Shown here: piece by piece, positions 1 to 15,308 of the stretch
Position numbering within the stretch: the stretch's first letter is position 1
Layout: every line of letters begins with the position of its first letter
From: Eledone cirrhosa
Lineage: Eukaryota
Length of the DNA stretch: 64,000 nt
Direction of reading: 5' to 3'
NCBI GenBank assembly: GCA_964016885.1
Contig: OZ024743.1
Coordinates: 362,948,001-363,012,000 of the forward strand
Program-made: the position numbers and the translations under genes
Notes under the pieces: generated by a model
What the model saw: only the letters and a program-made list of their open reading frames with translations
What the model was told of the DNA's origin: nothing
Database searches by the model: none

Positions 1-1783
<1,783 letters not shown>

Positions 1784-2151
1784 TAATATATAAATATATA
1801 TATAATTGTGAGTGCGTGTGGGTGTTTCTTGAAAATGGATTATAAACTTGTAGGTCACATTTATTTTATGATAATATCTACACTTTAATTTCCTCAAGTA
1901 CGCGATACAGAAAAGGATAAGGGAGGGGGGAGATGGAAGACGGAAGAGAAGAGAAAGGCGAAGTGAGGATATAAAAGAGAGAAAAGAGCAGAGACTTGAA
2001 AAATAGTTTGATGTAAACATTTCAGGTATTTTCATTGAGTTATAGTAGTATTCATTTAAACATGCTATGGGAATATATTAGAGAAGTAGTAAACGACAGG
2101 CTATCGTTATAATGAATACATTCCAAACAAGAACAGAGCTATTTCTCTTAC

Positions 2152-2165
2152 CGCTGAGGCCAGAT
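2152..2165 (-). CDS. 14-nt microexon (phase 1 to 0), putative exon 3; encodes (D)LASA
   Basis: Minus strand reads ctcatttcttttatacattttgtttcactacAG|ATCTGGCCTCAGCG|GTaaga. Strong acceptor and donor, open in phase with the VWC exon. Confidence 0.65.
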
Positions 2166-2345
2166 CTGTAGTGAAACAAAATGTATAAAAGAAATGAGTT
2201 CATATATATTGTTTTATTTTCTTTCATCTAATTAATATATTAACTTTATTAATTTATTCATTTCATGTACGTACAAGTTCTAATAAAGTAAATGCAATGA
2301 ATTGTTTGACATGTCAGTGAATGGAGTTATCAGCCCCTTCGAAGG

Positions 2346-2378
2346 GCACGCGCGCGCGCGCACACACGCATATTTATT

Positions 2379-2426
<48 letters not shown>

Positions 2427-2558
2427 CATATATATCTATGTATATATTTTTATATATACTTGTGTGTATGTATGTATGTATGTATGTATGTATGTATGTA
2501 TGTATGTATGTATGTATGTATGTATGTGTGCATATATACGTATGAATATATATTTATG

Positions 2559-2614
<56 letters not shown>

Positions 2615-2680
2615 GTATATGTATATATTTGTATGTGAATGTGTGTGTGTGTGTGTGAGTGACTGTAGGAGCGTGTGTGT
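2346..2680. repeat. Compound (CG/CA)(TA)n(TATG)n(TG)n microsatellite
   Basis: Read directly. Confidence 0.95.
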
Positions 2681-2807
2681 ATGAAGGTTTGAGTGTGTGT
2701 GCTGTATTCATGCATACCTATATTTTAATTCCTATTCGAAAATCGTCTTTCTCATTATATGTACATATATCCATTTATATATAACAGTGTCAAATTTTAT
2801 AACTTAC

Positions 2808-2948
2808 CAATTTCGCAGCCTTGAATTAAGTCACATGACATTTCACCATTTCTACATGTGCAAACAGAGCATTTGTCTGGTTGCCACGTGTCTCCATCTT
2901 CATAAAAATGGCCACCAAAGAAACAGTTTGTCAGTTTCTCGTTGTTAT
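2808..2948 (-). CDS. Exon encoding a truncated von Willebrand factor type C (VWC) module; probable fibrillar collagen N-propeptide
   Basis: cttctttgtttcaccatcAG|141 nt|GTaagt, phase 1-1. Translates (D)NNEKLTNCFFGGHFYEDGDTWQPDKCSVCTCRNGEMSCDLIQGCEI, matching the VWC pattern CxxxGxxYxxGxxWxPDxCxxCxCxxGxxxC. Confidence 0.9.
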
Positions 2949-3899
2949 CTGATGGTGAAACAAAGAAGGTAACATTTTAGTTAGGAATATAGCAATTAAC
3001 ATAAAGAATTTACATTTTAAAAATAAATACGAGAACATAAGATGTGAAAACAATATATTTCCCAATGGCAGTAGGACCGACGGTTCCTAATACCCTCCGA
3101 TGATATCAGCTGGTGAGCAAGACTAACTAGCTAGCTCATTTCATTGGGGACATACTTTTCCTGGAGTCTGTACATATCAGAAAAACAACGGTTTACTTTT
3201 GACAATACACAAAGGCTCTATATTCTAAGCGGTAGAGTTTGCTATTGAAGTCTTCCATAAAGACATTAACAAATAATTGAAACGCACTTGAATCAAGTGA
3301 GAATAGAAACTGGGTCGCAGAAGTTTGTTTCTTGCTTTTAGCGTCCATTGCAGGAATATTGATTGTTTTTTGATGCAGCAAAAGCCTAGTTTTTGTAAAG
3401 AGGGTGAAGAAGCCAATGTTACATGCAGCCATATCGAAGATTTAAAATTCAAAATTGACCCTCTCGAATTTGAATACAATTCTATAGGAATTCCACGAAC
3501 TATGTTCTCTAAAATGAAAATACTAAAGTACAGTGCTTTTGCACGAGTACATTATTAGCACTGGAATGTTTTCATTAAAATGTGTATATGAGTGCCGACG
3601 CGTATGTTTTGTTACTATTTCTATTTGTCATTCACTTTTCTTAGAAAGATCTGGAGCTATTCGGTGTGTCTCTTCTAAATCCTACACTAGTGACAACATA
3701 GTCGATGTAACACTAATTTATTTTATAAAATATTGTTGCCTTATGTACGTTATGAGAAGATCCATCAGTAAGATAAATGAAAAGTCTTAACAACAAGAAA
3801 ATGGAATATTAAAACAAATTATTCTATTTTGAAACAATAACTTCTATTGATAAACTTTATTAAGTGTAAAATAATACGAACTGAATGAGTAATTTGTTC

Positions 3900-4930
3900 C
3901 AACAAATGAATTGTACATAGTTACAGATGTAATAACTGACCTGCCATAATATATGCCATGACAGCTAGTATAAAGTTGGGAAGACGTAGCTGCTGTCATC
4001 AATCCTAAATACATAGACGCGTCCACTCATAACAGTAACAATAGAAAATAACACCAGTAAAGGCAGAAACAAAATCAACAATTTCACGTACGAAAGAAAC
4101 GAGTATTCTTAAACATTTAGTCAAATATGAGCTTGATATCAAACATACTGCCACAAACTAAACACTAAGGAAAATTGGAACGAAATTCACGAAGCTGGCT
4201 TTGAAAAATAACATATTTACTAAATCATAATGCATCTTATAAAAAGCTAATAAGCTCTTGCTTATATTCGAGTAACGTGGTGATAAGGATAAATCCATCT
4301 ACAAAAGTTAGCATCAACATAAATGTAAAGTATTGAAGAAATTTGATTAATCCAGAAATGATTATAAACTAAGTAGAAACATCCATCTATTAATATCTAT
4401 CAACACTTGTTTTGTTAACTTGTACCACAAGGAAACCCAGAATGAAGCTATTGATATACCAAGGCGACTTCACATAAAAAGGCTCAGCCACGGAAACTAC
4501 TAATAATTGTCTATACGAACAGGTATTTAAAGTTAGATTTAGAATATTGAAAATGTGATATATTATCTTAAAATTATAATAAAATTAGTCAAACACACTA
4601 TAATGATATTAATATATATGTAATATTTTATGAATTTGAAGAGATTATAGAAAATACCTAAGTCTTGAAAGGCGAAAAACATCAACTTCAAACAAAATGT
4701 GAACTTGACATTAAATCATTACTCTGACACAGACTTTTAATTAGAAACCATCACATGTATACTAGAAACTGAATTAACTACGCGTTACATATTTAGAGGA
4801 CGGGCCCAGACAACACCTACAAACTATTAGATATCAAAAAATCTCTTCGTCAAAAGTAGAGTTAAGAGAAAATAACTAGAAGCAGGATACCTTTTGTTGT
4901 TCTGATGCAAGCATAAGAACAACACAAGAA
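3900..4930 (+). mobile_element. Possible highly degraded Penelope-like element relic
   Basis: Only scattered short peptides resembling PLE reverse transcriptase motifs (GTKF ~4177, INPS ~4289, LYHKET ~4420). No intact frame. Confidence 0.25.
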
Positions 4931-5110
4931 TTTTGTTATCGTTTATTTTATTTTTTTTTGAACACTTAAAATCCTATTTGCATTGCTCTATTTCACTGAA
5001 AAAAACAACAACATTTTCTAAACTTTCCACAGTGCTTCAAACAAATTACGACATGTAATATATATATATATACAATATATATATATATCTATGTAATATA
5101 TATATATATA

Positions 5111-6314
5111 CAGGGTGTAACAGGTAAATTGGGACAAGTGGGTATATTTCTAATTGTATAGATTATTGTTGGAGTCTAAATTTTAAATATTACCAGCTTG
5201 AATAATCAGTTGTACTATTTTTTTTTATTTTAGATTGAATAAATTATGAATGTTAATAAAGAATTAAACTGTAGAAGTGTAATTATGAATGTTAATAAAG
5301 AATTAAACTGTAGAAGTGTAATTATGAATGTTAATAAAGAATTAAACTGTAGAAGTGTAATTATGAATGTTAATAAAGAATTAAACTGTAGAAGTGTAAT
5401 TATGAATGTTAATAAAGAATTAAACTGTAGAAGTGTAATTATGAATGTTAATAAAGAATTAAACTGTAGAAGTGTAATTATGAATGTTAATAAAGAATTA
5501 AACTGTAGAAGTGTAATTGCCGAATTATTCCACGCCGGCAAAAATGCTGGGGAGATTGTTAGTACCACAAAGTATGTCAAATCTACTGTTTTTAAAGTAT
5601 AAGATGATTTGAAGAAAAGTCAGGATGTTCAGAGAAAGCCTCACAGTCCTCACAGTGAGCGAAAATGCACATCTCACTTCTTAGCAGCACTTAAAAGATC
5701 AATTAAATCGAACACATCAAAACTGATGGCAAAGTTGGCTCAAGATCAAGTAATCAGTAAAATCACCGTTTCTTGGGCTCTGAGACCAGACACCATAACA
5801 TCCTAACTACTCACTCCAAAGCCATTCGAGCTGAAAGAAGTGCCAAACGTCTTAGTCATCTGAAACATGGTGGCGGATGGATGAAAAGAAGTTGGTGGTA
5901 GACGAAGTTGAAACCGTCAAAACTCACCAGTGATAGAGTCTGACCCTTCCCAAGTTCCTTCAGCTATGCGTAGCAAGAATCCAGCTTCCATTATGGTCTT
6001 TGGAGCAGTTGCAAGTGATAGGAAATTGACGCCTTCTCATTTTATTGAAGCGGGTTTAAAATCAACACAGCAGAGTATCTCAAAATCCTAGAAGAAGTTT
6101 TGTTTCCTTGGATTGGGAAGCATTATGATGAAAGTCGAGTCATGTTTGTACAGGACTCCGCGCCCACCCATTCTTCGAAAAGAGTGCAAGAATTTTTGAA
6201 GAAGGAATTGTCCCTAAAGATATCTGGGCCTCTAGCTCACCAGATTTGAATCCGTGTGACTTTTGGCTATAGGGCGATATTGAAGCAATATCCCTATTTT
6301 CCTGTTACACTCTG
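5111..6314 (+). mobile_element. Degenerate Tc1/mariner-superfamily DNA transposon (DDD type, maT/DD37D-like)
   Basis: 24-bp TIRs cagggtgtaacaggtaaattggga / tccctattttcctgttacactctg (3 mismatches), inserted in a TA run. Broken transposase with DEKK (~5880), QDSAPTH (~6151) and WASSSPDLNPCDFW (~6225-6266). Confidence 0.88.
5241..5518 (+). repeat. 39-bp tandem repeat, ~7 identical copies, inside the transposon
   Basis: Unit aattatgaatgttaataaagaattaaactgtagaagtgt, encoding MNVNKELNCRSVI in frame. Confidence 0.97.
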
Positions 6315-6324
6315 AGTATATATA

Positions 6325-6374
<50 letters not shown>

Positions 6375-7296
6375 CATATTTCTAAAACTTATACTAATAC
6401 AATGGAATGTTGTCTTCCATGCTTACAGTGAACAACACTCTCACACACACACATATGAATATATGTATATATGTGAGTGTGTGTGTGTGTGTCTGTGCCT
6501 GTGTGTGTGCGTGTGCGTGTGTGTGTTCATGTGTTTGTGTGGATGTGATGCAAATAATTATTTAGATAAATATTTATATAAAATTAACCCAACCTAAATA
6601 TAAAAAAACGAATAAAATGTGGAGTTACATGAAAAATATATATTTATCAAAAGACGTGCTGTTGACATGTGAGACAATGGGAAATTTAGAATTTGAAAAT
6701 ATAGTCGCTACAATGCAGATAACTAGAATAATAAGTGAGAACTATAAATAAAAGTTGAATAAATCGAGTAAAGTACCCCTGGAAAAAGTGGACAGAGACA
6801 CCTGAGAGTAATCAAACGAGAGAGGCCTATTATACAACCGCTACACCACTCTGCAGTGGTAGCCATAACTGGATCCTGAAACCTAAAATATCACACACAT
6901 ATTAAATGTATGAACCTTAATAAAACCTAAATAAGTTCTCTTGTAACTAAATTGAGCATATTTCTCCTTGTATCGATGGATATCGTCCACACACACACAC
7001 ACACATAAATATATATATATAAATATATATATATACAGAGAGAGAGAGAGGGGGAGAGAGAGAGAGTGAGAGTGAGAGAGAGAGAGTGAGAGAGAGCAAG
7101 AGAGAGAGAGAGCAAGAGAGAGAGAGATGATGTTACCAGTTAAAATTAATAAGCCTATTTTTCAATTAAGTACTCACACTTAAGAATTGTCGAGTGTAGA
7201 TATTATAGGATAGGGTGCCCGATGGTCAAGCCTAAAACGTTATCCCTATTGAAATGGTTTAAGCTTAATCGCTGAACATTCTATCGTATAATAGTA

Positions 7297-8150
7297 CTGT
7301 CAGCATATACCGACGATGTGACTGGAGTGGTGTCGAACAACAAACACATTGAGATGATCGGTACCTCTCTCAGGAAGTACGAAGCGGTAACAGGAGCGAA
7401 AATTAACTAGGAAATGTTAGTGGGATTGCAGCTCGGTACCTGGAGACGTAGGTCCATGCCGTTCAACAGCGTCGTCGGGTGCAGGACCGACAGACCGATT
7501 AAATTACTTGGGGTCTGAATTAGCCCAGACCTCCAAACGGATAAAAGCTGGTACGAGATAAGAGCAAGGTGGCCACTATCACCTAGAAATAGGCAAAGTG
7601 GAAGCTATCCCTAAAAGGTCGAGTAGTGGTGACGAATGCGCACATCGAGTTCGTCATCTACAACTGCCTGGCCGTCGTGCCTTGCCCTGGTGCACGTCTG
7701 ATTGCACTGGAGCGTTTGCTCTTTCGCTTTTTGTGGAATGGACGTGTACCAATGGTCTGGCGGTCCATTTGCTGTAAACCACCAATCAAGGTTGAGGGGA
7801 AACTGTTGCCTTCCAACCCGTTTGCTAAAAGGTAGGTGAAAGTGGCGAGCTTCGCACGGGAGAATGGGCAAACTCTGGGCATGCGCCTTTAAATTGAAGG
7901 AGAACTAAGATAGGGCAGTTATCTCCAGCGGTCAGGATGACCATGGCTTTTCTGGGCTTTCTCTATGAGCGACCCTCGCAAGTTACCCCATCCCCTATTA
8001 GGGATTTTTATTTTTGTTTGAATCTTACAGTTTTCTTTATTTTCGTTAAAATGTCTTCATGCCAAAGCCAACATCATATCGTCCTGTGCCATACTGTACC
8101 GTCATTAATGTGTTTTTTTTAAATGTGAGCCATGTGTGGCTAATATAGAA
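7297..8150 (+). mobile_element. 5'-truncated, degraded L1/Tx1-type LINE (RT C-terminal part and probable 3' end)
   Basis: SAYTDDVT (YADD-like) at ~7300, KYEAVTGAKIN*, PIKLLGV and LERLLFRFLW, interrupted by stops and frameshifts. Confidence 0.75.
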
Positions 8151-8168
8151 ATTACTTATTAAGCAACT

Positions 8169-8374
8169 GAGGCAGTATCAGTAGAGGGTCGGACGCCATG
8201 CTTTGCAGCATAGAGTTACTGCCCTTTATGATCCGAGTTCAAATCCCACCGTGGCTAACTTTGCTTTTCATCCTTACGGGGTCGATAAAATAAAGTACCA
8301 GTCACACACTGGGGTCGATTTAGTCGACTTTCCCCTCCACCAAAATTGTTGGCCTTGTGCCTATAAAAGAAACT
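8169..8374 (+). mobile_element. tRNA-derived SINE, family A (long-hairpin subtype)
   Basis: Box A-like ggcagtatcagtagag, box B gagttcaaatcc and core tttcatccttacggggtcgataaaataaagtaccag. 18-bp TSD attacttattaagcaact (8151-8168 / 8375-8392). Confidence 0.92.
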
Positions 8375-8562
8375 ATTACTTATTAAGCAACTTATACGTG
8401 AAGAGTGAAGTGACTTGAAGTTGGATCACAATGGATGCGGTTTCAATTCTCGATTAAAGCCACGTCACTTCTAGTAAGGATGTAAGTAAATGCCTTTAAG
8501 AAAGGCATGGATATCAAATAACCTAATCCCTATGTCTATTAGATTATCATTATTGTTACAAC

Positions 8563-8756
8563 GGGCGGTGGATTGGCAGTATCGGTAGAGGATCGGACGC
8601 CATGCTTTGACGCATAGAGTTACGGCCCTTGCCATTCTGAGTTCAAATCCCGCCGAGGTTAACGTTGCCTTTCATCCTTACGGGGTCGATAAAATAAAGT
8701 ACCAGTAATACACTGAGTAATTGCTGGCCTTGTGCCAAAAAGTAGAAACAATTATT
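8563..8756 (+). mobile_element. SINE family A, full length
   Basis: gggcggtggattggcagtatcggtagag ... gagttcaaatcccgccgagg ... gtagaaacaattatt. Confidence 0.93.
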
Positions 8757-8772
8757 TGTTGCAGTTGTCTGA

Positions 8773-8930
8773 GCGGTGGATTGGTAGAATTGTGGGAATG
8801 TCGGACAAAATGCCCAAATTCCAATAAGGTTAACTTTGCCTTTCATCCCTACGGTGTCGATAGAATAAAGTACCAGTAATGCACTGGGATAATTGCTGGC
8901 CTTGTGCCAAAAGTAGAAACAATTATTATT
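8773..8930 (+). mobile_element. SINE family A, internally deleted copy
   Basis: Same core and 3' tail, shortened head. Confidence 0.85.
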
Positions 8931-9033
8931 GAGGTTGCTGTAGTTGTTGTTGCTATTGTTGTGAACGGAAAGGGAGGAATATACTTAAAAAGAAAACAAC
9001 AAACTTAAACATTAAAAAGGAGAAGGAAATAAT

Positions 9034-9209
9034 TGTTTCTACTTTTGACACAAGGCCAGCAATTACCCAATGCATTACTGGTACTTTATTTTATCGACCC
9101 CCGTAAGGATGAAAGGCAAAGTTAACCTCAGCGGGATTTGAGCTGAGATCGTAAAGAGACGTAACTATGCTTGAAAGCATGGCGTCCGAATCTCTACCGA
9201 TACTGCCAA
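9034..9209 (-). mobile_element. SINE family A
   Basis: Reverse complement of the consensus. TSD aaggaaataat (9023-9033 / 9210-9220). Confidence 0.92.
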
Positions 9210-9716
9210 AAGGAAATAATATATATAAGCTGACGCGATGTATTTCTTGCTTTCTACTTCTACTTCTAAAATTCTACGCAGTCAGCATTTTTTTCACCAT
9301 GTCAGCACAATCTTGAAACAATATTTTACATCCCTTCAAATCCGATGACGTGACACCCTTTTTTTAAAACCTCTTACTTACACTTCTGTTTACGCCCTGC
9401 ACCCTACACACAATTTTCTCCTGCACCTCTCCTTCCATTTCCTTCCAGATTTTTCTTTCCCCGCCTCACATCCTCCCACATCCTTCTCCTCATGTCTTCC
9501 TTCTCCATCTCTCTCTCTCTCTCTCTCTCACTTTCTCTCCCCCCCCCTCTCTCTGAATCTTTCTTTTCTTTTTTCAACTTTTATCTGACGTTTTCTTTTT
9601 TTGCTATTTCCTTCCTATGTTTCTGGTATTTTCTTAAACCTACTCACCAAGCCACTCTCTATCCTTTACTTTTCCCCTCATACACACACACAGATATAGG
9701 TGTTTGTGTGTTTGTA

Positions 9717-10330
<614 letters not shown>

Positions 10331-10604
10331 GTTTCTTCATCAACGCCACCATCACCAGCATCCCCCATCACCATCATTATTGCCATACCCTAACACGTAC
10401 CAACACCACCACTACCTACCAACATCGAGCCAACAAGGAAGTCCCAACATAACCAGTCAACCTGCTAGAAATAGCAGCCAACTTCAAATCATACCTTATC
10501 GTCTTTAAAAAAAACGACACGTTGCGTAATGTAATAATCCCGGGCTCCCTGAGATTTGATGACGAGAAGAGATAGGTCTACTCGGTCATGATTGGCCTGG
10601 GACT

Positions 10605-11015
10605 AAACAACAACGATAATAACAACAATAACGCAAACTACCTCCAACGCCACAATCACCATCATCAGCACCACCATGACTAACAACGCCACTATCACCA
10701 CCATCAGCACCACTACCACCATCACGAACAACACCACTATTACCATCATCACCACCACCACCACCACCGTCACCGCCATCACCGCCACCATCACTAACAA
10801 CACCACTATCAACATCATCACTACCACCATCACTAACAGCGCCACTATCACCATCATCACTACCACGATCATTAACAACGCCACTATCACCATCATAACC
10901 AACAACAACAACACCAACACCACCACTACCACCACTATCATCACTATCACCATCACAAACAACACCACTATCACCATAACAGCTACCATCACTAGCATTA
11001 TCATTATCGCCGTCA
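10605..11015. repeat. Degenerate (ACC/ATC)n low-complexity tract with ~30-36 bp internal repetition
   Basis: Recurrent aacaacgccactatcaccatcatc. Confidence 0.85.
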
Positions 11016-11129
11016 TTACAAATGCAATGCTTCAATCTTCTTTATTCCTATTATCACAACCAGCACTAAATATTCTGCCTTTTCCTCATTCCCCACATCC
11101 ACTACGTCTTCCCATTCATTGAAATATAA

Positions 11130-11317
11130 TTGTTTCTACTTTTTGGCACAAGGCCAGCAATTAGCCAGTGTGTTACTGGTACTTTATTTTATCGACCCCG
11201 TAAGGATGAAAGGCAAAGTTAACCTCGGCGGGATTTGAACTCAGTCCGTAAAGGGACGTAACTATGCATCAAAGCATGGCGTCCGACCCACTACCGATAC
11301 TGCCAATCCACCGCCCT
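11130..11317 (-). mobile_element. SINE family A, full length
   Basis: 21-bp TSD ttcccattcattgaaatataa (11109-11129 / 11318-11338). Confidence 0.95.
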
Positions 11318-11479
11318 TTCCCATTCATTGAAATATAACGTGAGGAATTCCATCAGTTTAATGGAGATTACAGAATAATAGATGTTAAGATTATTGTTGA
11401 TGTCATTGTTATTGTTGTTGTGGGGTGGTAGTGGAAGTAGATAAAGGACATAATGATGATGACGACAACAACTTCACCA

Positions 11480-11525
11480 TGTATATATATACACACGCGC
11501 GCGCGCACACACATACATACATACA

Positions 11526-11557
<32 letters not shown>

Positions 11558-12469
11558 CATACATACATACATATATATATATAAATATACATACATACAT
11601 ATATATATATAAATATACATACATACATATATATATATAAATATACATACATACATATATATATATAAATATACATACATGCATATATATATATAAATAT
11701 ACATACATACATATATATATATAAATATACATACATACATATATATATATAAATATACATACATATATATATATAAATATACATACATACATATATATAT
11801 ATATAAATATACATACATACATATATATATATAAATATACATACATACATATATATATATAAATATACATACATACATATATATATATATATAAATATAC
11901 ATACATACATATATATATATATAAATATACATACATACATATATATATATATAAATATACATACATACATATATATATATATATAAATATACATACATAC
12001 ATATATATATATATAAATATACATACATACATACATATATATATAAATATACATACATACATATATATATATATAAATATACATACATACATACATATAT
12101 ATATAAATATACATACATACATACATATATATAAATATACATACATACATATATATAAATATACATACATACATATATATATATAAATATACATACATAC
12201 ATATATATAAATATACATACATACATATATATATATAAATATCATACATACATATATATATATAAATATACATACATATATATATATAAATATACATACA
12301 TACATATATATATATAAATATACATACATACATATATATATATATACATACATACATACATACATATATATACATACATACATACATATATATACATACA
12401 TACATACATATAAATATACATACATACATACATATATATATATACATACATACATACATACATATAAAT

Positions 12470-12500
<31 letters not shown>

Positions 12501-12686
12501 CATACATACATATATATAAATATACATACATATATATATATATACATACATACATACATATATACATACATACATACATATATATATACATACATACATA
12601 CATATATATATACATACATATATATATACATACATACATACATATATATATACATACATATATATATACATACATACATATATACA

Positions 12687-12720
<34 letters not shown>

Positions 12721-12746
12721 CATACATACATACATACATATATACA

Positions 12747-12782
<36 letters not shown>

Positions 12783-13003
12783 TATATACACATACATACA
12801 TACATATATATATATATACACATACATACATACATATATATATATATACACATACATACATACATATATATATACATACATACATACATACATATATATA
12901 TAAATATACATACATACATATATATACATACATACATACATATACATACATACATACATACATACATATACATACATACATATATATACATACATACATA
13001 CAT

Positions 13004-13036
<33 letters not shown>

Positions 13037-13170
13037 TATATACATACAAATATATATATACATACATACATACATGCATACATATACACGCATATACACA
13101 CACTCGAACTATATTGACATATAAGCTACACCTATATTGAATATATTGAAACTGTATGTATGTATGTGTT

Positions 13171-13201
<31 letters not shown>

Positions 13202-13230
13202 ATGTGTGTGTGTGTGTGTGCGTGTGTATA
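11480..13230. repeat. (CATA)n/(TA)n compound microsatellite with a ~24-30 bp higher-order unit
   Basis: Recurrent (AT)n-AAATATA-(CATA)n between ~11570 and 12330. Confidence 0.97.
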
Positions 13231-13389
13231 CGCTTGCGCATTGCCGCCATATATATATGCTCTCACCAGTAAACAACATTTATAAAAAGCTACAAGGGAT
13301 TAGAATCAAAAACACAAAAACAGACCTCTCAATTTGTATTATCGATGATTGATTTAGTGTGTTATTGATTTCGTGTATTATTGATTTAG

Positions 13390-13568
13390 TGGATTGGCAG
13401 TATCGGTAGAGGGTCAGACGCCATGCTTTCCAGCATAGTTACGTCCCTTTACGATCTGAGTTCAAATCCCGCCGAGGTTGACTTTGCCTTTCATCCTTAC
13501 GGGGTCGATAAAATAAAGTACCAGTAATGCACTGGGTAATTGCTGGCCTTGTGCCTAAAGTAGAAACA
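13390..13568 (+). mobile_element. SINE family A
   Basis: TSD attattgatttag (13377-13389 / 13569-13581). Confidence 0.93.
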
Positions 13569-14167
13569 ATTATTGATTTAGCGAACTCAGTGGAATTGAA
13601 AGGATTGAAAGAAATACAGCGAGGCATCACCTCTGGTGCTCTAACAATCCCCCGTCCTTGACAAATACTTTATGTATTCCCTACCCCCACTCAACACTAA
13701 AAAGCAAAGTTAACCTCAGTGAGATTTGAACTCAAAGCTGAAATCCTGCCGAAGTCTACTTCACCCTTCATCATATCAGGGGCAATAAAAGAAAATGCCA
13801 ATCTTGGGCGGTGGCTTAGCTGAAATGGTGGACGAGATACCATCTCGTGATTATATAAGTTTTCTGTTAAATACTGCCATAATTATGAGACTCCTGCAAT
13901 ACTGGAACCCAACAAGAAAGTATGTCCCCAGAAAACAACGTTAGAAAGCAAATCAGTGGCGATAGTTTACGATATGATTTAGTTTCAACTGACTTTTGCA
14001 TCTGAAAGAAGGATAAAAATCAGATCTTATGCCTATGTTCACCTGCACTCCCACACTACATATCCAACCACATAAAATATAAAAACTCGAGGACTGGGCG
14101 GTGCTGGGCCATATCATCCCACGTCCAGGCACCTCAATCTTTCACCCTACTTCAGCAAAAAAATATT

Positions 14168-14340
14168 ATAATTGTTTCTACTTTCGGCACAAGGCCAGCA
14201 AACCTCGGCGGGATTATGGTCTGAGTTCAAATCCCGCCGAGGTTAACTTTGCCTTTCATCCTTACGGGGTCGATAAAATAAAGTACCAGTAATACACTGG
14301 GATAATTGCTGGCCTTTTGCCAAAAGTAGAAACAATTATT
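14168..14340. mobile_element. SINE family A, rearranged fold-back copy
   Basis: Inverted 3'-end and box-B-region fragments (14168-14215) abut a plus-strand 3' half (14221-14340). Confidence 0.85.
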
Positions 14341-15177
14341 TCTTTATTTTTATAATTATTTCTTTATATAATAATAATAAGGATAGTAACGACGAGATTC
14401 TAGTCACTAGCGAGCCCTGGTCCTTAGGCCTAGTCAGCCTTATGAATAATAAGAGTGTGGGTCGGATCGAAGCATGTTTGCTGTTCACTATTTTGTCGAT
14501 ATTCTGAGATTTAAATTATAGACATTTTTTCTAAATTCATTTGTGTGTGTGTGTATGTGTTTATGTGTATGTGAGTGTCTATGTGTGTGTGAGTGTCTAT
14601 AAGTTTCTGCGTGTGTGAGTCTGTATGCGTGGCACTTTTTCTTCATCCTTTCCTATCCTCCTATTCCTTATTTCCTCCTCTTTCTTCAGTTGAAAAAAAA
14701 AAATGCTGACTGATGTAATTCCTAGTTCAGCATCACCTCTTTCTCCCCCCCCCCCCCCCCACACTTTCTTCCTCTCAATTTGCCATAGCGTGATAGCATT
14801 AATAGTGCTGTTGATGGTGGTGGTGATGGTAATTTTGGTTTTGAATTAAAATTCCACTGAATTTTCCTTATCGCTCTTGCAACTAACTCTGCGGCATTTA
14901 AACTTCACTTCCACAACTCCATAACCCAAACTAAGCCAAGATTTTATTCCTTTATATTTGACACATTTGCCAGTTTTTGTCCTTAGACTGCGGCCATTCT
15001 GGGGTTGTTATTTCCGTTTATTTATTTTCGTCAGTTGCCCAGCTTTGTACTAACCTCTTATCTAACAAAATAGCCTATTAACATTACGACTCAGAGCAAG
15101 AACTCGTTATAATGCCAAATTTCGAAACTCTAATTATGCAACAAGCTTATCCCATACATACTCATATACATACATAC

Positions 15178-15308
<131 letters not shown>

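Noticed and set aside
3060-3620. Possible exon or Academ-like transposase relic (DPLEF, Cys-rich CVYECRRVC)
   Set aside because: No clean splice sites in phase, and the motifs are too degenerate to assign without a search.
4892-4930. CTGATG within a short hairpin at the end of the putative Penelope relic
   Set aside because: The GAAA box is missing, so it cannot be called a ribozyme.
8563-8660. tRNA genes at SINE heads
   Set aside because: Box A/B are present but there is no cloverleaf, and each continues into the SINE body.
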